Shown: positions 41,346 through 55,403 of the stretch, in pieces
Position numbering within the stretch: position 1 is the first letter of the stretch
How the letters are laid out: the number at the start of each line of letters is the position of its first letter
Assembly: GCA_964016885.1 (NCBI GenBank)
Contig: OZ024741.1
Span: 96,472,001-96,536,000 of the forward strand
Length of the DNA: 64,000 bases
Direction: 5' to 3'
DNA from: Eledone cirrhosa
Taxonomy: Eukaryota
Translations under genes and position numbers: made by a program
Notes under the pieces: model-generated
Told to the model about the DNA's origin: nothing
Database searches by the model: none
The model's input: only the letters and a program-made list of their open reading frames with translations

Positions 41346-41783
41346 GATCTGTGTGTGTGTCTGTGGGGGTGGGTGTGAATGTATGTGCAAGTCAACCAAC
41401 ATAAGTCTTTTTATATGTAAATTTTCTAGTATTCTACTCTAACCATAATTTTCAGTAGTACCACCCTACATAAAATCCTCAATTTAAGATTGACCTGTAG
41501 TATATAATTTCATACTATAAACCCCAATTGAATATATATCTGACCAGGAATGCTTTTTGTGAAAATCTGTCATATGTAATTATTGTCATCTTGCCTGATG
41601 GTTTGAAAATTACAACACCACCGGCCTCTTTGAGGTTAAATAGCAACCCTACTAACATCTACAAACTGACCAATGAGAATTAAGACTATTCCTGCTGACA
41701 ACATTAAATTATTGCTAACAAGCTCATATGTTCCAAGGCTCTGATACCATCAACACTATAAACACAGAACGGGCATATCTAAG

Positions 41784-41852
41784 TACTGACAGTACTGATG
41801 AGGTCATAGCCACTCAATGGCTATCATCGAAATATATATACCAGTAAATAAA
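41784..41852 (+). ncRNA. Hammerhead ribozyme-like motif at the 3' end of a Penelope-like terminal fragment (~41400-41890)
   Basis: TACTG..-CTGATGA-GGTC-ATAGCCA-CTCAA-TGGCTAT-CATC-GAAA-TATATA-TA-CCAGTA-AATAAA. Confidence 0.6.
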
Positions 41853-41890
41853 GGATTATGACTTCATGCAATTGACTTATGTTTCGTCAC

Positions 41891-41923
<33 letters not shown>

Positions 41924-42078
41924 TTCGTTTCTGAATTTGTTTAGCAAGATTCTTTATCTGAAAACGTGTGTTGAAGCCGATATTGTAATACTTTGGGAGG
42001 GTCATGTTGCCAATAAGAAACACACGCACCAGTTGCTTTCACTTAAATTTATTATAAATTAAATTTATAAATTTAGGA

Positions 42079-42116
<38 letters not shown>

Positions 42117-42365
42117 ATACTTGGGGAGGGTCATATTTGTGTAATATTGCCAGAATTAATAACAGAACACACTCACTGTTTGGTTGGTTTTCGCTTCTGT
42201 GTCTTTTATATCGGTTAATTTAATTTATTCGGTCCTCAATGTTGCCAATGACTGACCAACGGTAAAAAATACAGATACAATATAGACACAAACACATATA
42301 TATATAGTCTATCAAGTATAACAATATCTGTGTCGACACACGATTTCATATCAAAAACCTCGCAA

Positions 42366-42427
<62 letters not shown>

Positions 42428-42428
<1 letters not shown>

Positions 42429-42633
42429 AAAGTGAGGTTTTTTTACAAAATGAAAAATAACTGAGGTGTCCTACATGAGTGAAAATATAAAGAAAAAAAG
42501 ATGAAATCGAAAATGCAACTGGAGTCTTATTTAAAAAAAATATATATATTTATTTGGTTCCTTTACCGGTTTCACAGTTCTTCTGCTTTTCAAAAGTAGA
42601 GTTGAGATGGAGGGTTTGTAGTTTTTCTCACAT
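42428..42633 (-). repeat. Copy of the terminal arm of the 50.5-51.6 kb element
   Basis: Near-identical to 50517-50710. Confidence 0.85.
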
Positions 42634-43224
42634 CAATAAAGCATGTCCATAGAATCATTTGATAAAATATATACATCATTTCCTCTCCCAATCAGCATAA
42701 TCAACCACACAAAAAAAAACAAAAGACAATTAAACAGGGCTATAAGATTAAAAGGCACCTATGAAGAAATAATAGATAAATAAATATCTATCCGCGAACA
42801 ACAGCTATAGGATATTTACCCAGCATTTCTAATAGCACGTGGAAATAGATTAAATATATTGTCAACCATACACAATTAGGTATGAAATCAACGTTAGAAG
42901 AAAAAATGTATATAAGCATACCAAAATTATGTTTCTACTCCATGAGATTTCATTCGCTTTTTGGAAATATCCGATCAAGGATGAATTCACAAGTTTCGAA
43001 ATCATCAGGAAACAAACTCACTTGGACGAAGATTTTTCTTAAATAATCCCCGCCAGAAACGAATTCAAAATGGCTAAGAACTGTGACGTGGCAGTGGTCA
43101 AGTCAGAAAGAATGTGATTGGTGCCTTACGGCGAGTGGGCTAGTTGCTAGAAAGCGCAGCCTAATACTGCCTAAATTGCATCTCAACCATATGGGAGATT
43201 ATCGAATATAAAGATTTACATATA

Positions 43225-43285
<61 letters not shown>

Positions 43286-43419
43286 TATACTATATATATA
43301 TATTTTAATAAAAGGAATTCCAACTTTGTCTGATTTCCTCGTTTTATTTACAATCCTTTAAAATTATAATGATATTATAATGAAATAGTATGGTAGAATA
43401 TTAAATGTTAAGTGTTAAT

Positions 43420-43458
43420 TGAACAAGTACTTTCATGCTTTCGCAATCTTCAGGTTCA
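43420..43458 (-). ncRNA. Minimal type I hammerhead ribozyme in the PLE 3' terminal repeat
   Basis: Minus strand: TGAAC-CTGAAGA-TTGC-GAAA-GCAT-GAAA-GTAC-TT-GTTCA. 5-bp stem I, intact core, GNRA-capped stem II, palindromic stem III. Confidence 0.75.
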
Positions 43459-43848
43459 TATTCAGTGTTGACAGTCAAGTTTGCAATTTTCAACTGTAAT
43501 GAGATGGGTAAATTCTGTGTCTTATATACAGTATGCTAAGTTTTGCAAACTGTATTTCGACCAATCGGTGTGTAGTTTCACTAGATTATTAAAGCTGATT
43601 GGTTTAGGCGTCACGGTTGGTCTAACGACTTCTATTTAACTCTATCCAAAGCATCAATTGTTTTGCTATTTTTAGAAATGATGAAAATAGCATTTTCTAG
43701 GCTTTTATGAAAAATCTTCAGTATTCATCACCATCAGCATCACTTTTATTATTAATTTTGTTTTTGTTGTTGTTGTTGTTGTTGTTAGTGGTGGTAGTCG
43801 ACATGGTCTTAGGCGTAGTCATAGTAGGAGTAATATCCCTAAGCATTA

Positions 43849-44298
43849 TTATTGTTCATTTAGCTTGGGTTGGAATTTATCAATAAAATTATTTTCTTTA
43901 AATTTTCTCTTGATTTCACTTGGGCTGTGTAGTTTGTAGAATGGAAATATTATAAATATTTTCTGACCACATGTTGCTAGATGGTTACTCAGGGGTATCT
44001 GACGGACATTTGGGTCTCTGATTTGCTGTCGGTTCTCCCGTGCACGTTCCGATATTGCATTTCCAGTTTGACCGACATATAGTTCTTCACAATTCGGGCA
44101 TTTAATGCAGTAAATTAGATTTCTGCTTTTGTAGTTCATATTTGCATTTGGAAATATTTTCCCAGTTTTTGTGTTCATATATTGACCAGTGTGTATGGAT
44201 TGACATGTGCAACATCGACTATCATTACATTTAGATACAGTGAATGATTGGTCTTTGTTGTGAAGGTCCAAATTTGCCTTTATTAGTAATTGCTTCAA
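43849..44298 (-). pseudogene. PLE GIY-YIG endonuclease domain remnant
   Basis: KCNDSRCCTC..NLIYCIKCPNCEELYVGQTG..RKFKENNFIDKFQPKLN. Confidence 0.85.
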
Positions 44299-47200
44299 AT
44301 TTTTCGCGCTGTCTTTTACTAAGAGTCAAAGATCGGTCTGTGATTAAACCTTTTAATTCATTACTTTGAACAATGATTGGTAGGTTTGCTTTGGCAGTGT
44401 TGAAGATATTCTGGTGACATGGGTTGTGGGTCATCATAAATGGTATGACCAGTTTTTGGTTTCTTCTTCCTTGGGTTGTCCTAAGTTGTTGTATAGGTAT
44501 TTTTATAGCCCGCTGTATGCCATTTTCTATAAGTAGAGATGGGTATTTTTGTTTGAGCAGAAATTCTCTCAGTTCTGTTATGCGGTTGTTCCTGGTATTC
44601 GTATCTCCTACAATGGTACAAATTCTAGGCAGTATGGGATGTTGAGTTTTGTATGAGGTGGATGGCACGACTTAAAATTCAGATATTGATGCGTGTCTGT
44701 GTGTTTATAATATATATCCGTGGTAATCGTGGTGTCGCTTTTCATTACCATTATATCTAGGAATGGTAATTTTGTACTACTCATCTCTTTTGTGAATTAG
44801 AGAGATGGGTGTAGGTTATTCAGGAGGATATTGAACTCATCCAGAGTATCTAGAGATTCTGTTCAAATGATGAAACAGTCGTCAAGGTAACTCTTCCAAG
44901 ACTTTTCAATACACTTTCAAAATTCAGTGCTGTATTTTTCCTCTATTTCTTGGTAGAGTTGTTGTTCTAAGTATCCCATTACAGAGTTCGCGTAAACGGT
45001 AGCAAACTTCGTTCCCAACGCTGTACCTCTAATTTGGATGTAATTCTTTCCATTGGAGAAGAAAGTGTTGTTTTCCAGAATAAGTTTGAATGCGTCTAAT
45101 ATAAATGGTGCTGTGAATCTGGTGGGAATCACTTCTCTATGTTTTTCCACCCAGTATTTAACTGCCTTTATTCCTAAATCACGTGTAATGTTGGTGTAAA
45201 GGCTTACCACAGCAAAACTAAGTAGAAGGGAATTCGATTCCGTGGTTTGAGAAGATGGGACAGGGAGTCGGTATCATCCCGGATGAAACTGGGTATGTGA
45301 ATACATACTGGTTTCAAAATAATGTCAACAAAATTGTCTAGACGGTGGGTAGGGCATATTGGACCAGCTATAATAGGTCTAAGTTTTAAGACTTTTGGGT
45401 GTAATAATTCAATGTAATCAATTTTTTGTTCTTTTACTGCCAGTTGGATTTCTTTTGACATATGAACTTTCGGTAGGTCATACATGTTTCTGAGTTTTGG
45501 CTCAAAATTGGTGATGTAGTCTATTTCCTTATCAGTAAGTGAGTTGTAGTATTTTGTAGCCAGGTTGTTGATCTTCTCCATGATGTTGTGGTCTATATTT
45601 GACGGTATTTCATGATAGAATGTTGTGTCTTTCAGTTGTTCCTCAACCAAATCTTTGTAGTATTCAGCATTATAACAATTGCACCCTCTTTATCTGCTTG
45701 TTTAATTATTATTGTTTTATCATTTTGTATACGTTTAAGTGCAGACATTTCGGATTTGTAATGTTTGGCCTAACATTAGTATTACGTCTAAGAGGAAATT
45801 TAGACAGGATATCAATGTATTAGTCGAGATAGATATTTCTTCCTTTTGGCAGAGTGAAATTTGATTTATTCTTTACTAGTGATTCATCACTCTCATTACT
45901 TTTATCAGAGAAGAATTCTACAAGTCGTAATTTACGACAGAATTCTTGGGTATCCTCCTTCAGTTCTTGGTGGTTGACTGTTGGAGTCGGTGAGAATTTC
46001 AGTCCTTTTGACAGAATTTGCATTTGATCATTGTCAACATCTCTTTTGGATAAATTAATTTTTTTAGGATATACGTGTCCAGTTGTTTTGGGTATCCTTC
46101 CTCCTGGAGTTTTTCTTTTTCCGGTTTTTGTTGCCCTCACGTTAAAAAATGTATTTTTCTCTGTTCAGGATTTATATTCCGGTTGGTATTGGCTTGATGA
46201 ACCTTTAGTCGTGATATTATACTTAGTTTCGTTATGTTTTTTGTCCTATTTTTGGTATTATGTATATTATTTTTTCCATTTCTTGTTAGCATTGTTTTTA
46301 ACAATTTGGGAAAATGACCTAGGTCTGCTTTGAGGTTTAGATCGTCTTTTCGCCCAGTTACTTGTGGGTAATCTCTGTTGAGATCTTGAGAGTGATCTGG
46401 TTATTCTACAGTTTTTTCCCCGTTCCTTGTGGGTAGTCTCTGTTGAGATCTTGAGAATGATCTCCTGGTTTTTCTACTTCTCATGTCTGGTCAAAGGAAT
46501 ATATATCGTGTTTGTGCTTTTTGTTCATGTTGCGTGCGTTAGGGTGTTTTTGTAGAAAAAGCGAAGAGTTCTTACCGTAGTTCTTCTTTGATTCAAGGTA
46601 AGGTGAGTATTTGTGTTGCCACCTGTTCTGGCGTATGTTGTGTTGGCGTGATTGTCCACTTTTAATGCTTTTTCTCAGAGTTCCAGAGTCTTTACCCTAA
46701 TTTGCAGCATATTCGTCGAGAAATAATTGTTTCTGCTGCTATATCTTTCTTGATTTGCTTTCTTCTTTTGAGATATCTCTGATCCATAGTTCTCGTAGTT
46801 TTTCAGCTATATTACCAGTAGTTAGCTTTGAAATTTCGACTTCAATTTGGTCATCGATATCTTCGTATTTGGCTTTGTAGCGGGATTTTTTACATTGAGT
46901 AATGGAGATGTCGGTCCTGAATTTTGTCAATGTAAGTTCACATCGGAGTTTTGTTTCTTCTGGTTCTCCTGCAATTTATGAAATTAGGTATTTACGAGGG
47001 AGTATGGGTGCCGTTAGAGAGAGCCATTTCGAATGTGTTTCGGCATATTTTTCGCATTTGTATGCATTCCAGAAGCTTTGTTTTCTTATGTTAAGAAATG
47101 TTTTCCATGTCTTCCACATTTCTTTTCTTATTCGATGTGTTTTGTTTTCCAAATTTCTTTCGTTTAGTTCTGACATCCAAGTGGGTTGTGTTAGGCTTTC

Positions 47201-47494
47201 TCTTGTATCTTTGATAACTGTTGGTATAATTTCAGCTAAATTCTTAATTTCACAGTTTATATGTTCAGTTATAAGTTTGCCGTCTGTAGATTGTTTTTCT
47301 ATTTCCTTTAAAATAGAGGATTGTGTGTCAATCATCGTGATAAGTGTTGATAATTTCGATGATATCTCCTTTATAATTCTTTCTGATTCTGTTGATTTCA
47401 TTTGTTGCTTTCCAGACATGTTGGCATATACACAATAGGAATATAGATATATATATATAAATATATAATCTTCTATACACAATCATACACTCCC

Positions 47495-47551
<57 letters not shown>

Positions 47552-49091
47552 AAATTAAGATAAATCAAAGTGAATTTAATCTAAATCAAAATTATGGGTG
47601 TCATGCCAGAAAGGCATGCACTATATCACCCGTAAAATAAGCTCCAAGATTCTAATGAATAGGTCCGAGGATTTTATAACAACTTGAAATTGATTAACAT
47701 ATAAATAAACATATGAAACAATCACAGGGGATAATTTTTACAAGTGTGTAAGCACACATAGCTAGGTAGGTAACAAAATAAAGTTAACTAGAACTTCAAA
47801 AATAGATACCTTATAATATGATTAATCTTCACTGTATATATTCCATTAAAGAAATATATTTCACCAATTAATCGAATGGTAAACCACGGAGGCCGATACT
47901 TGGATATTCAACAAGGAAGAAGTCCAGCCATCTGTGTTTACGCATTAAGTTCAAATAAGCGACTGGCCAGTAACACGTGCTGTATCTACTAAAAATACAC
48001 ACATGATACCAGCTTCGTCCCAGAGGCGTGAATAGGGTTATCGACAACTAGAAACAGCAGTCATGTCCTTTCAACAGAGTTAGCTATACAATTAAGGAGC
48101 CGTATTTATATATCTATATCCAAAATTAAGATTAATCAAAGTGAATTTTATCCCCTGTGATTGTTTCATATGTTTATTTATATGTCAATCAATTTCTAGT
48201 TGTTATATACACGAATAAAGTACTAGAATAAAGTAGCAGTAATGCACTGGGGTCAATTTAATCAACTTATAACTTCATCTAAATTGTTGGCCTAGTGCCT
48301 AAATCAGAAACCATTATTACAACAATAACAGCGACACCAATAGCCACACAGACTATAGATCTTTAACACTAATACTATAATATCCACCTTATAGACATAA
48401 TCACAACTGTTACCACTGTCGTCAATACCACCAATAAACTAACAGTTCCTATCATCATCATCACTACAGTACACCATTTCCACTAAGATCCTTATCACGC
48501 CACAAGCATCATAATCAAGTTTACTACAATCACTATTGCCTTCCTATCACAATAATCACCATTTCAATATCAAGAATATTCTTTCTAACCTTATAACATC
48601 TACTTTACCACCACCACTACCACCACTACATACAGCAAAAAGGAAACCATAACAATCCCCCACACATAACCACATCATATAGCCCCTTCCAACCACAGAA
48701 CTTCCGTCCCACCAATGTGCGTCATATGAAATATATTATTTCCACCACTAAACCTCTCAACACTGACGCTTCCATCAAGCAAGCCACCTTTAAGGCCTGA
48801 CTCTAAAGTTGAGACATCATAACAAAGCAACGTGTAATGCGATGGAAGAGAAGAAGGGGATACAACTATACACACAATGAGAGGGGCAGGGGCTACTAAG
48901 AGAGTGTGAAAGTAATATTTAACCATGCTCAACTATATAGAACTATCAAGGAAAGAGATAAATAACATCTTAGTTATAGTTCTCTTGATAATAACACAAA
49001 AAAAATATATACACACACGCACACACAAAGACATACACACATTCGCACACACGTGTGTCTGTAAAACTATCTATCTGTCTATCTCTCTCTA

Positions 49092-49147
<56 letters not shown>

Positions 49148-49347
49148 TATATATATATATATTTATATATGTGTATATGAATATATATATATATATAGTA
49201 ATAATAATAAATTCGAAGACTAAAATCCAAAGAGGGCTCGATATATATATATATATATATATATATAATTCTTATAGATATATATATATTAGCAACGATA
49301 CTACATATGTACACACACACAAACATATATATATATATATGTATATA

Positions 49348-49394
<47 letters not shown>

Positions 49395-49478
49395 AATTTA
49401 ATATATATATATATATGGACAAAAACAATAATATTTATATATAATTTAATATATATATATATATTTATTAACCATACT

Positions 49479-49542
<64 letters not shown>

Positions 49543-49906
49543 TGACAAAAACAATAATAAAGACAACACCAACAACAATAATGATATTAATAATAATAAC
49601 AATAGCAATAAGTAATCATCATAAGCATCATCTTTAATGATCTGACAGATGAGCAGTATAAAGGGTTAATGAAAGATGTCATCTTTTGAAATGTGAGCAC
49701 TGAAGGAATTGAAGGTCAACAAACCACTCAGACACACAACCAGACACACGAGTAAGCACACGAATGTACAACACAACAGCATAGATATACATACGCAATC
49801 ATATACACATACCCAAACCAGCCCTTACGTAAACTATGATCTTGTCAAATTTTTATGTGCATTTCTACACGTGTGGAAGATGGAAGATATGTAAGTGAAA
49901 GTATGT

Positions 49907-49970
<64 letters not shown>

Positions 49971-49975
49971 ATATG

Positions 49976-50041
<66 letters not shown>

Positions 50042-50063
50042 TGTATATATGTATATATATTTG

Positions 50064-50096
<33 letters not shown>

Positions 50097-50155
50097 GAAG
50101 ACTCGTCCCATGGACTGACTGCTGTACCACTACGGATGTTATCTTCCAGTGTTCT

Positions 50156-50287
<132 letters not shown>

Positions 50288-50488
50288 ATTTATTAGAAAT
50301 TGTCGGGATCCGACGGCTGAGCTCTTGCCGTTTCGACAGCTAATTCCAGACCCTATTTGTCGAAACGTTAAGAGCACAGTCGTCGGGTCCCGACTTTTCC
50401 TCTTTCTGATATAGCCAGCTTATACTATCCCAAGTATCGAGTACTCTGCGAATAATGGTCTGACTAATTTAATGTTGAATTACTCCTG

Positions 50489-50516
<28 letters not shown>

Positions 50517-50520
<4 letters not shown>

Positions 50521-51571
50521 GTGAGGTTTTTTTCCAAAATGAAATATAACCGAGTGAAAGTATAAAGAAAAAAAGATGAAATCGAAAATGCAACTGGAGT
50601 CTTATTAAAAAAAATATATATATATTTATTTGATTCCTTTACCGGTTTCGCAGTTCTTCTGCTTTTCAAAAGTAGAGTTGAGATGGAGGGTCTGTGGTTT
50701 TTCTCACATCTGGTTGGTCTTAGAATGTTACTTGTTTTATATGGACTCAATGTTACTTTTTTTTATATCGGCGCGAAATTTAATGAATTTGTTCACGTGA
50801 CAGTGATAATTTCATTTATAACCAATCAAATTATATTTATTTAAAAAAAGCCTTCGTGAGCGACTTTTTTTAAAGTAAAAAGAAATTCAAACAAACTGAC
50901 GGGAAAGCTGATCTGCTTATTCACGTGACTGAATCAACCAACCAAGCTACACTTATATATAAAAAAACAACCTGCCATATTCTCTGAACCAGAACAATTC
51001 CCCCATCCATTTCTCTTGACCATTATCTTTTGTTTGTCATAAAATTCTCTAAAAGGCTACAAAATAAAATCCCAAATACGGGCGCGATATTTAATGAATT
51101 TGTTCACGTGAGAGCCATAATTTCATTTATAACCAATCAAATTACATTTATAATAAAAAGCCTTCGTGAGCCCCCTTTTTTAAGTAAAAAGAAATTCAAA
51201 CAAACTGGCGCGAAAGCTGATGTGCTTATTCACGTGACTGCATCAACCAAACTTCACTCATATATGAAAAATCAACCTGAGCCCCCCCCCCCCCCCCAAC
51301 TTGTAACGCGTACTGGCGCGAAATTTATTATACTTATTGACTAACTAATCAAATTACGTCCCTAAAAACCTGGTGTTTCGAGCCACTTTTTTCCATATAA
51401 AACAAGTAACATTCTAAGACCAACCAGATGTGAGAAAAACCACAGACCCTTCATCTCAACTCCACTTTTGAAAAGCAGAAGAACTGCGAAACCGGTAAAG
51501 GAACCAAATAAATATATATATTTTTTTAAAAACAAGATCTCCAGTTGCATTTTCGATTTCATCTTTTTTTC
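50517..51571. mobile_element. (TA)n-flanked composite element: inverted arms (~50566-50743 / 51397-51571) around two ~200-bp direct repeats (50769-50970, 51080-51280) and a third partial repeat
   Basis: Arm aaaaaaagatgaaatcgaaaatgcaactggag..tagaatgttacttgttttatatgga is mirrored. Internal repeats start ggcgcga(a/t)atttaatgaatttgttcacgtg. Confidence 0.85.
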
Positions 51572-51768
51572 TCTATATATATATATATATTCATTTCTAA
51601 AGACAGCATATATATGTGAGGGTATATTTCCTCTGATAGTTTGTAATATTTTTACATAGATCTATATGATATACATACCAACACATATATATCCTAGAAA
51701 CGATCGTAAAATGATGAATTTTTTAATATAAGGAACTTGTTCTTTGTTTTTATTCATTGTTTTTATTA

Positions 51769-51832
<64 letters not shown>

Positions 51833-51947
51833 ATGTGAGGTAGAAAGGGTTGGGCCCCGACTATATATAATATAACCATACTCTAACCATACTCTGTTGA
51901 GTAATGGTCTAATCATTTTCAAACTAATTCCATCCTGATTTATATAC

Positions 51948-52010
<63 letters not shown>

Positions 52011-52012
<2 letters not shown>

Positions 52013-52559
52013 AGAGGGTGCTTCACAAAGTTCGGGGAAAAAGAACAGTTGGAAAAAACAGTTTAAGTTATGATGTTTATTTTTAAACATATGCTCAATC
52101 TAGGTCACTATACTTCTGCAAGGGTTGATACCAAGCTTTAAGTCGATCTGGGTAAAACTGAGGTTATGCGATTTAAACCATGTCAAAGCAGATTTCATTT
52201 ACATCGTCAACTGTAAATCACCTTCAACCTCATATTTTCTACTTCTAAAACTACTTATCCATTTGTAGGTTGTTGATTTATCCTTGATATTTTCTCCATA
52301 AACTTATTCCAGAGCGTCAATAATTTGGCTGCTCTTCCGCCATAACTTCACCATGAATTTGATGTTTTGATGGAGGCCATGTTGCTCGAGTGGGTGCTGA
52401 CTTCTGAATGGCGGCGCTGCGTTACATCCTGCATTTAAGAGTTGATGTTAGAACATGTTATGAGCGTTAGTACGACAACGTACAGGTGCATTGTGATCAA
52501 GACCCATCATATGATTTTTAGCTATGTACTATTTCCATGAACTTTTGGAATCCATCTTG
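52011..52559. mobile_element. Non-autonomous mariner-type DNA transposon relic
   Basis: Degenerate TIRs caagagggtgcttcacaaagttcggggaaa / tttccatgaacttttggaatccatcttg. No ORF. Confidence 0.6.
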
Positions 52560-52750
52560 TGCATTATTAACTTGATAAATAATATTAAAATATTAATAAG
52601 TTGACGATATCACAATGCCACGATGTGTTTCACGCAATGTATGCTACTACAATGTCTTGCCAGTCACGTGTTCAATGACTGACACGATATTGCTGTACAA
52701 TACACATCGAAGAAGACTTATATCAGGAATCCACCAATACATATGTATTT

Positions 52751-52811
<61 letters not shown>

Positions 52812-52939
52812 TATATTCATACGCACACACGCACGCACGCGCGCACGCACACACAAACACTCACACATACACATGTATATATATAGATAGATAGATGTTC
52901 ATCCATATATATATGCATGCATTCATTTCATATATATAT

Positions 52940-53133
52940 AGGGCGGTGGATTGGCAGTATCGGTAGAGGAGCGGACACCATGCTTTGACGCATAGAGTTA
53001 CGGCCCTTGCCATTCTGAGTTCAAATCCCGCCGAGGTTAACTTTGCCTTTCATCCTTACGGGGTCGATAAAATAAAGTACCAGTAATACACTGATTTAAT
53101 TGCTGGCCTTGTTGCCAAAAGTAGAAACAATTA
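52940..53133 (+). mobile_element. SINE S1
   Basis: gggcggtggattggcagtatcgg..ctgagttcaaatcccgccgagg..gtagaaacaatt. Confidence 0.9.
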
Positions 53134-53360
53134 ATTTCATATATATATATAAATATAAATATAACTATATATCTGTATACATTCAATAAGCCTTCCCATT
53201 TGTCTCTTAAGAGATGGGTAAAAATAAAGATCAAACAAATGCCTATATAGCCACAAAGAATCTCTTAAAAGAGTTCAGTAGTACGGCTGAAGTTTAGCGA
53301 TTGTGATCATTACGAGAAAATAATAAGAATTAAATCATGCATTCTTACTAACATACACAC

Positions 53361-53467
<107 letters not shown>

Positions 53468-53470
53468 AAA

Positions 53471-53538
<68 letters not shown>

Positions 53539-54667
53539 ATGTCTTATACTTACTGACATTGATATATATAGACATATATAGCTAGAGAGACAGACACACA
53601 CACATATATACATATGAGAGATATAGCGAGACGGACGGACTGTATGTTTCATTGTGAAAATAGTAATTTCGGACACATAACCTCATCCCTCGCCATTAAT
53701 TTTGTTTAGGCCTGCACACATATGAGAGAGCCACACGTCTACGTTTCATTCATTCACTTAAGTATTTGTTTCATATTCTTATTTCGAACATCATTTTTTA
53801 TATTCCTATTGCGTATTTCCTTCTCATTGATTCCATTCCAGCGTACTTCAGCCCTCCTCGAACATCTGAATGCCAGATCTCTTTGTTTCATAAATACTTT
53901 AACCAAACCATATTTCGTCCCGTGTTAGCCACTTTTGCATTCCATTTATAATAACAGACGTTGTCTGTGTTTATTTGCTTAAAGAAATGCCAATGTTGTT
54001 TTGTTTACAGAACAGTTCAAAATATGTCCATCCTTCTTTCCACGCTTTCCTTTCTCCTAGACCCAATCTCACATTCTATTTTACACTATATATATATATA
54101 TTTTTTTTTTACACTTTCACTCCGCCCTCCCAAAACCAGCGTTTATCCTCTGACTCGTCTCTTTAATTTAATATTACACCCAAAAGTGTTCACCTATAAA
54201 TTTTATCTTGTATAATCTCCAAGCATGTATGTGCGATTGCAATTTCCCCTTTTGACAATACTTCTTTACTACTTTAAACCACTTTTTCCTAGGGCTATCT
54301 CTCCTTTCGTATGTCTTTTGTAAACAGCAATATTAGTTTTCCATCGTGAAACAGGAAGACTTGAGATTCGTAGCGTCAGAAAAATGGATCAATTTTTGAG
54401 GCAGGGACACTGAGACAATTTCTAATAATAAACGTTGGACTGAATTTAATTTAAACGGTTAGTTTGCGTAAAATGCGACAGACACAAATTCCTGTCGTAT
54501 TAGCTGAAATTTTTGTCCTTGCGAAATTTAATCAAAACAACTGCAAAAACAACAGTGATAGTGAAAGCAAAACAAATAGAGGACAAGAACAAAATATATT
54601 TAATAAAAAACAGCAAAACCTAATGAAATTCTAACTTTCATTATATTTTATATTAAAAAAATTACAA

Positions 54668-54700
<33 letters not shown>

Positions 54701-54753
54701 GACACATACACAGAGACCCAGACACACACACCTCACACACACACACACACACA

Positions 54754-54829
<76 letters not shown>

Positions 54830-54847
54830 TATAAATATAAATGAATA

Positions 54848-54893
<46 letters not shown>

Positions 54894-55336
54894 AAAATAA
54901 ATTACAAAATACTCTAATAATGAAGTTAGATTTCAAATTACTATGTGACAGTAAATAGGGAATCTCGAATGTTGGTTTTACCAGAATATAAAAGGTCCGG
55001 GATTGTTTAGTGGAGAAGCCGAGGGCACTGAAGGGGTTAGATAATAAAGCTGTAATCATCCCCTACTGACAGTTGATGTTGGGTTGAAGCAATTGCCACA
55101 CATACGACTTATCTCTCAGTAGGTTACGTCAATGTTGCGTGTGCCCGTTTCATGTATGAATGGGTGTATTTGTATATATATATATATATATATACATGTG
55201 TAAACGTGAATGTGTGTGTGTTTGTATGTGTATGTGTGTATGTGTGCGTGTGATTGGTTGTCATGTCACGTTTATCTGCAAATCTGGGGAACTTCGTGTG
55301 TAACTTTGAGGACTTGATGTATAAACACACACATCA

Positions 55337-55403
55337 TTCTTCTTCTTCTTCTTCTTCTTCTTCTTCTTCTTCTTCTTCTTCTTCTTCTTCTTCTTCTTCT
55401 TCT
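55337..55403. repeat. (TCT)n microsatellite
   Basis: Directly visible. Confidence 0.95.

Larger units (their letters stand above)
43300..47490 (-). mobile_element. Penelope-like element (PLE), decayed
   Basis: Fragmented ORF 47419->43849: ILSKGLKFSPTP, LPKVH..LRPIIAG, MVSLYTNI, QIRGTALGTKFA, SWKSYLDDCFI, LPFLDI, TDIYYKHTD, and GIY-YIG domain NLIYCIKC..YVGQTG..ER..H. Flanked by (TA)n. Confidence 0.9.
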
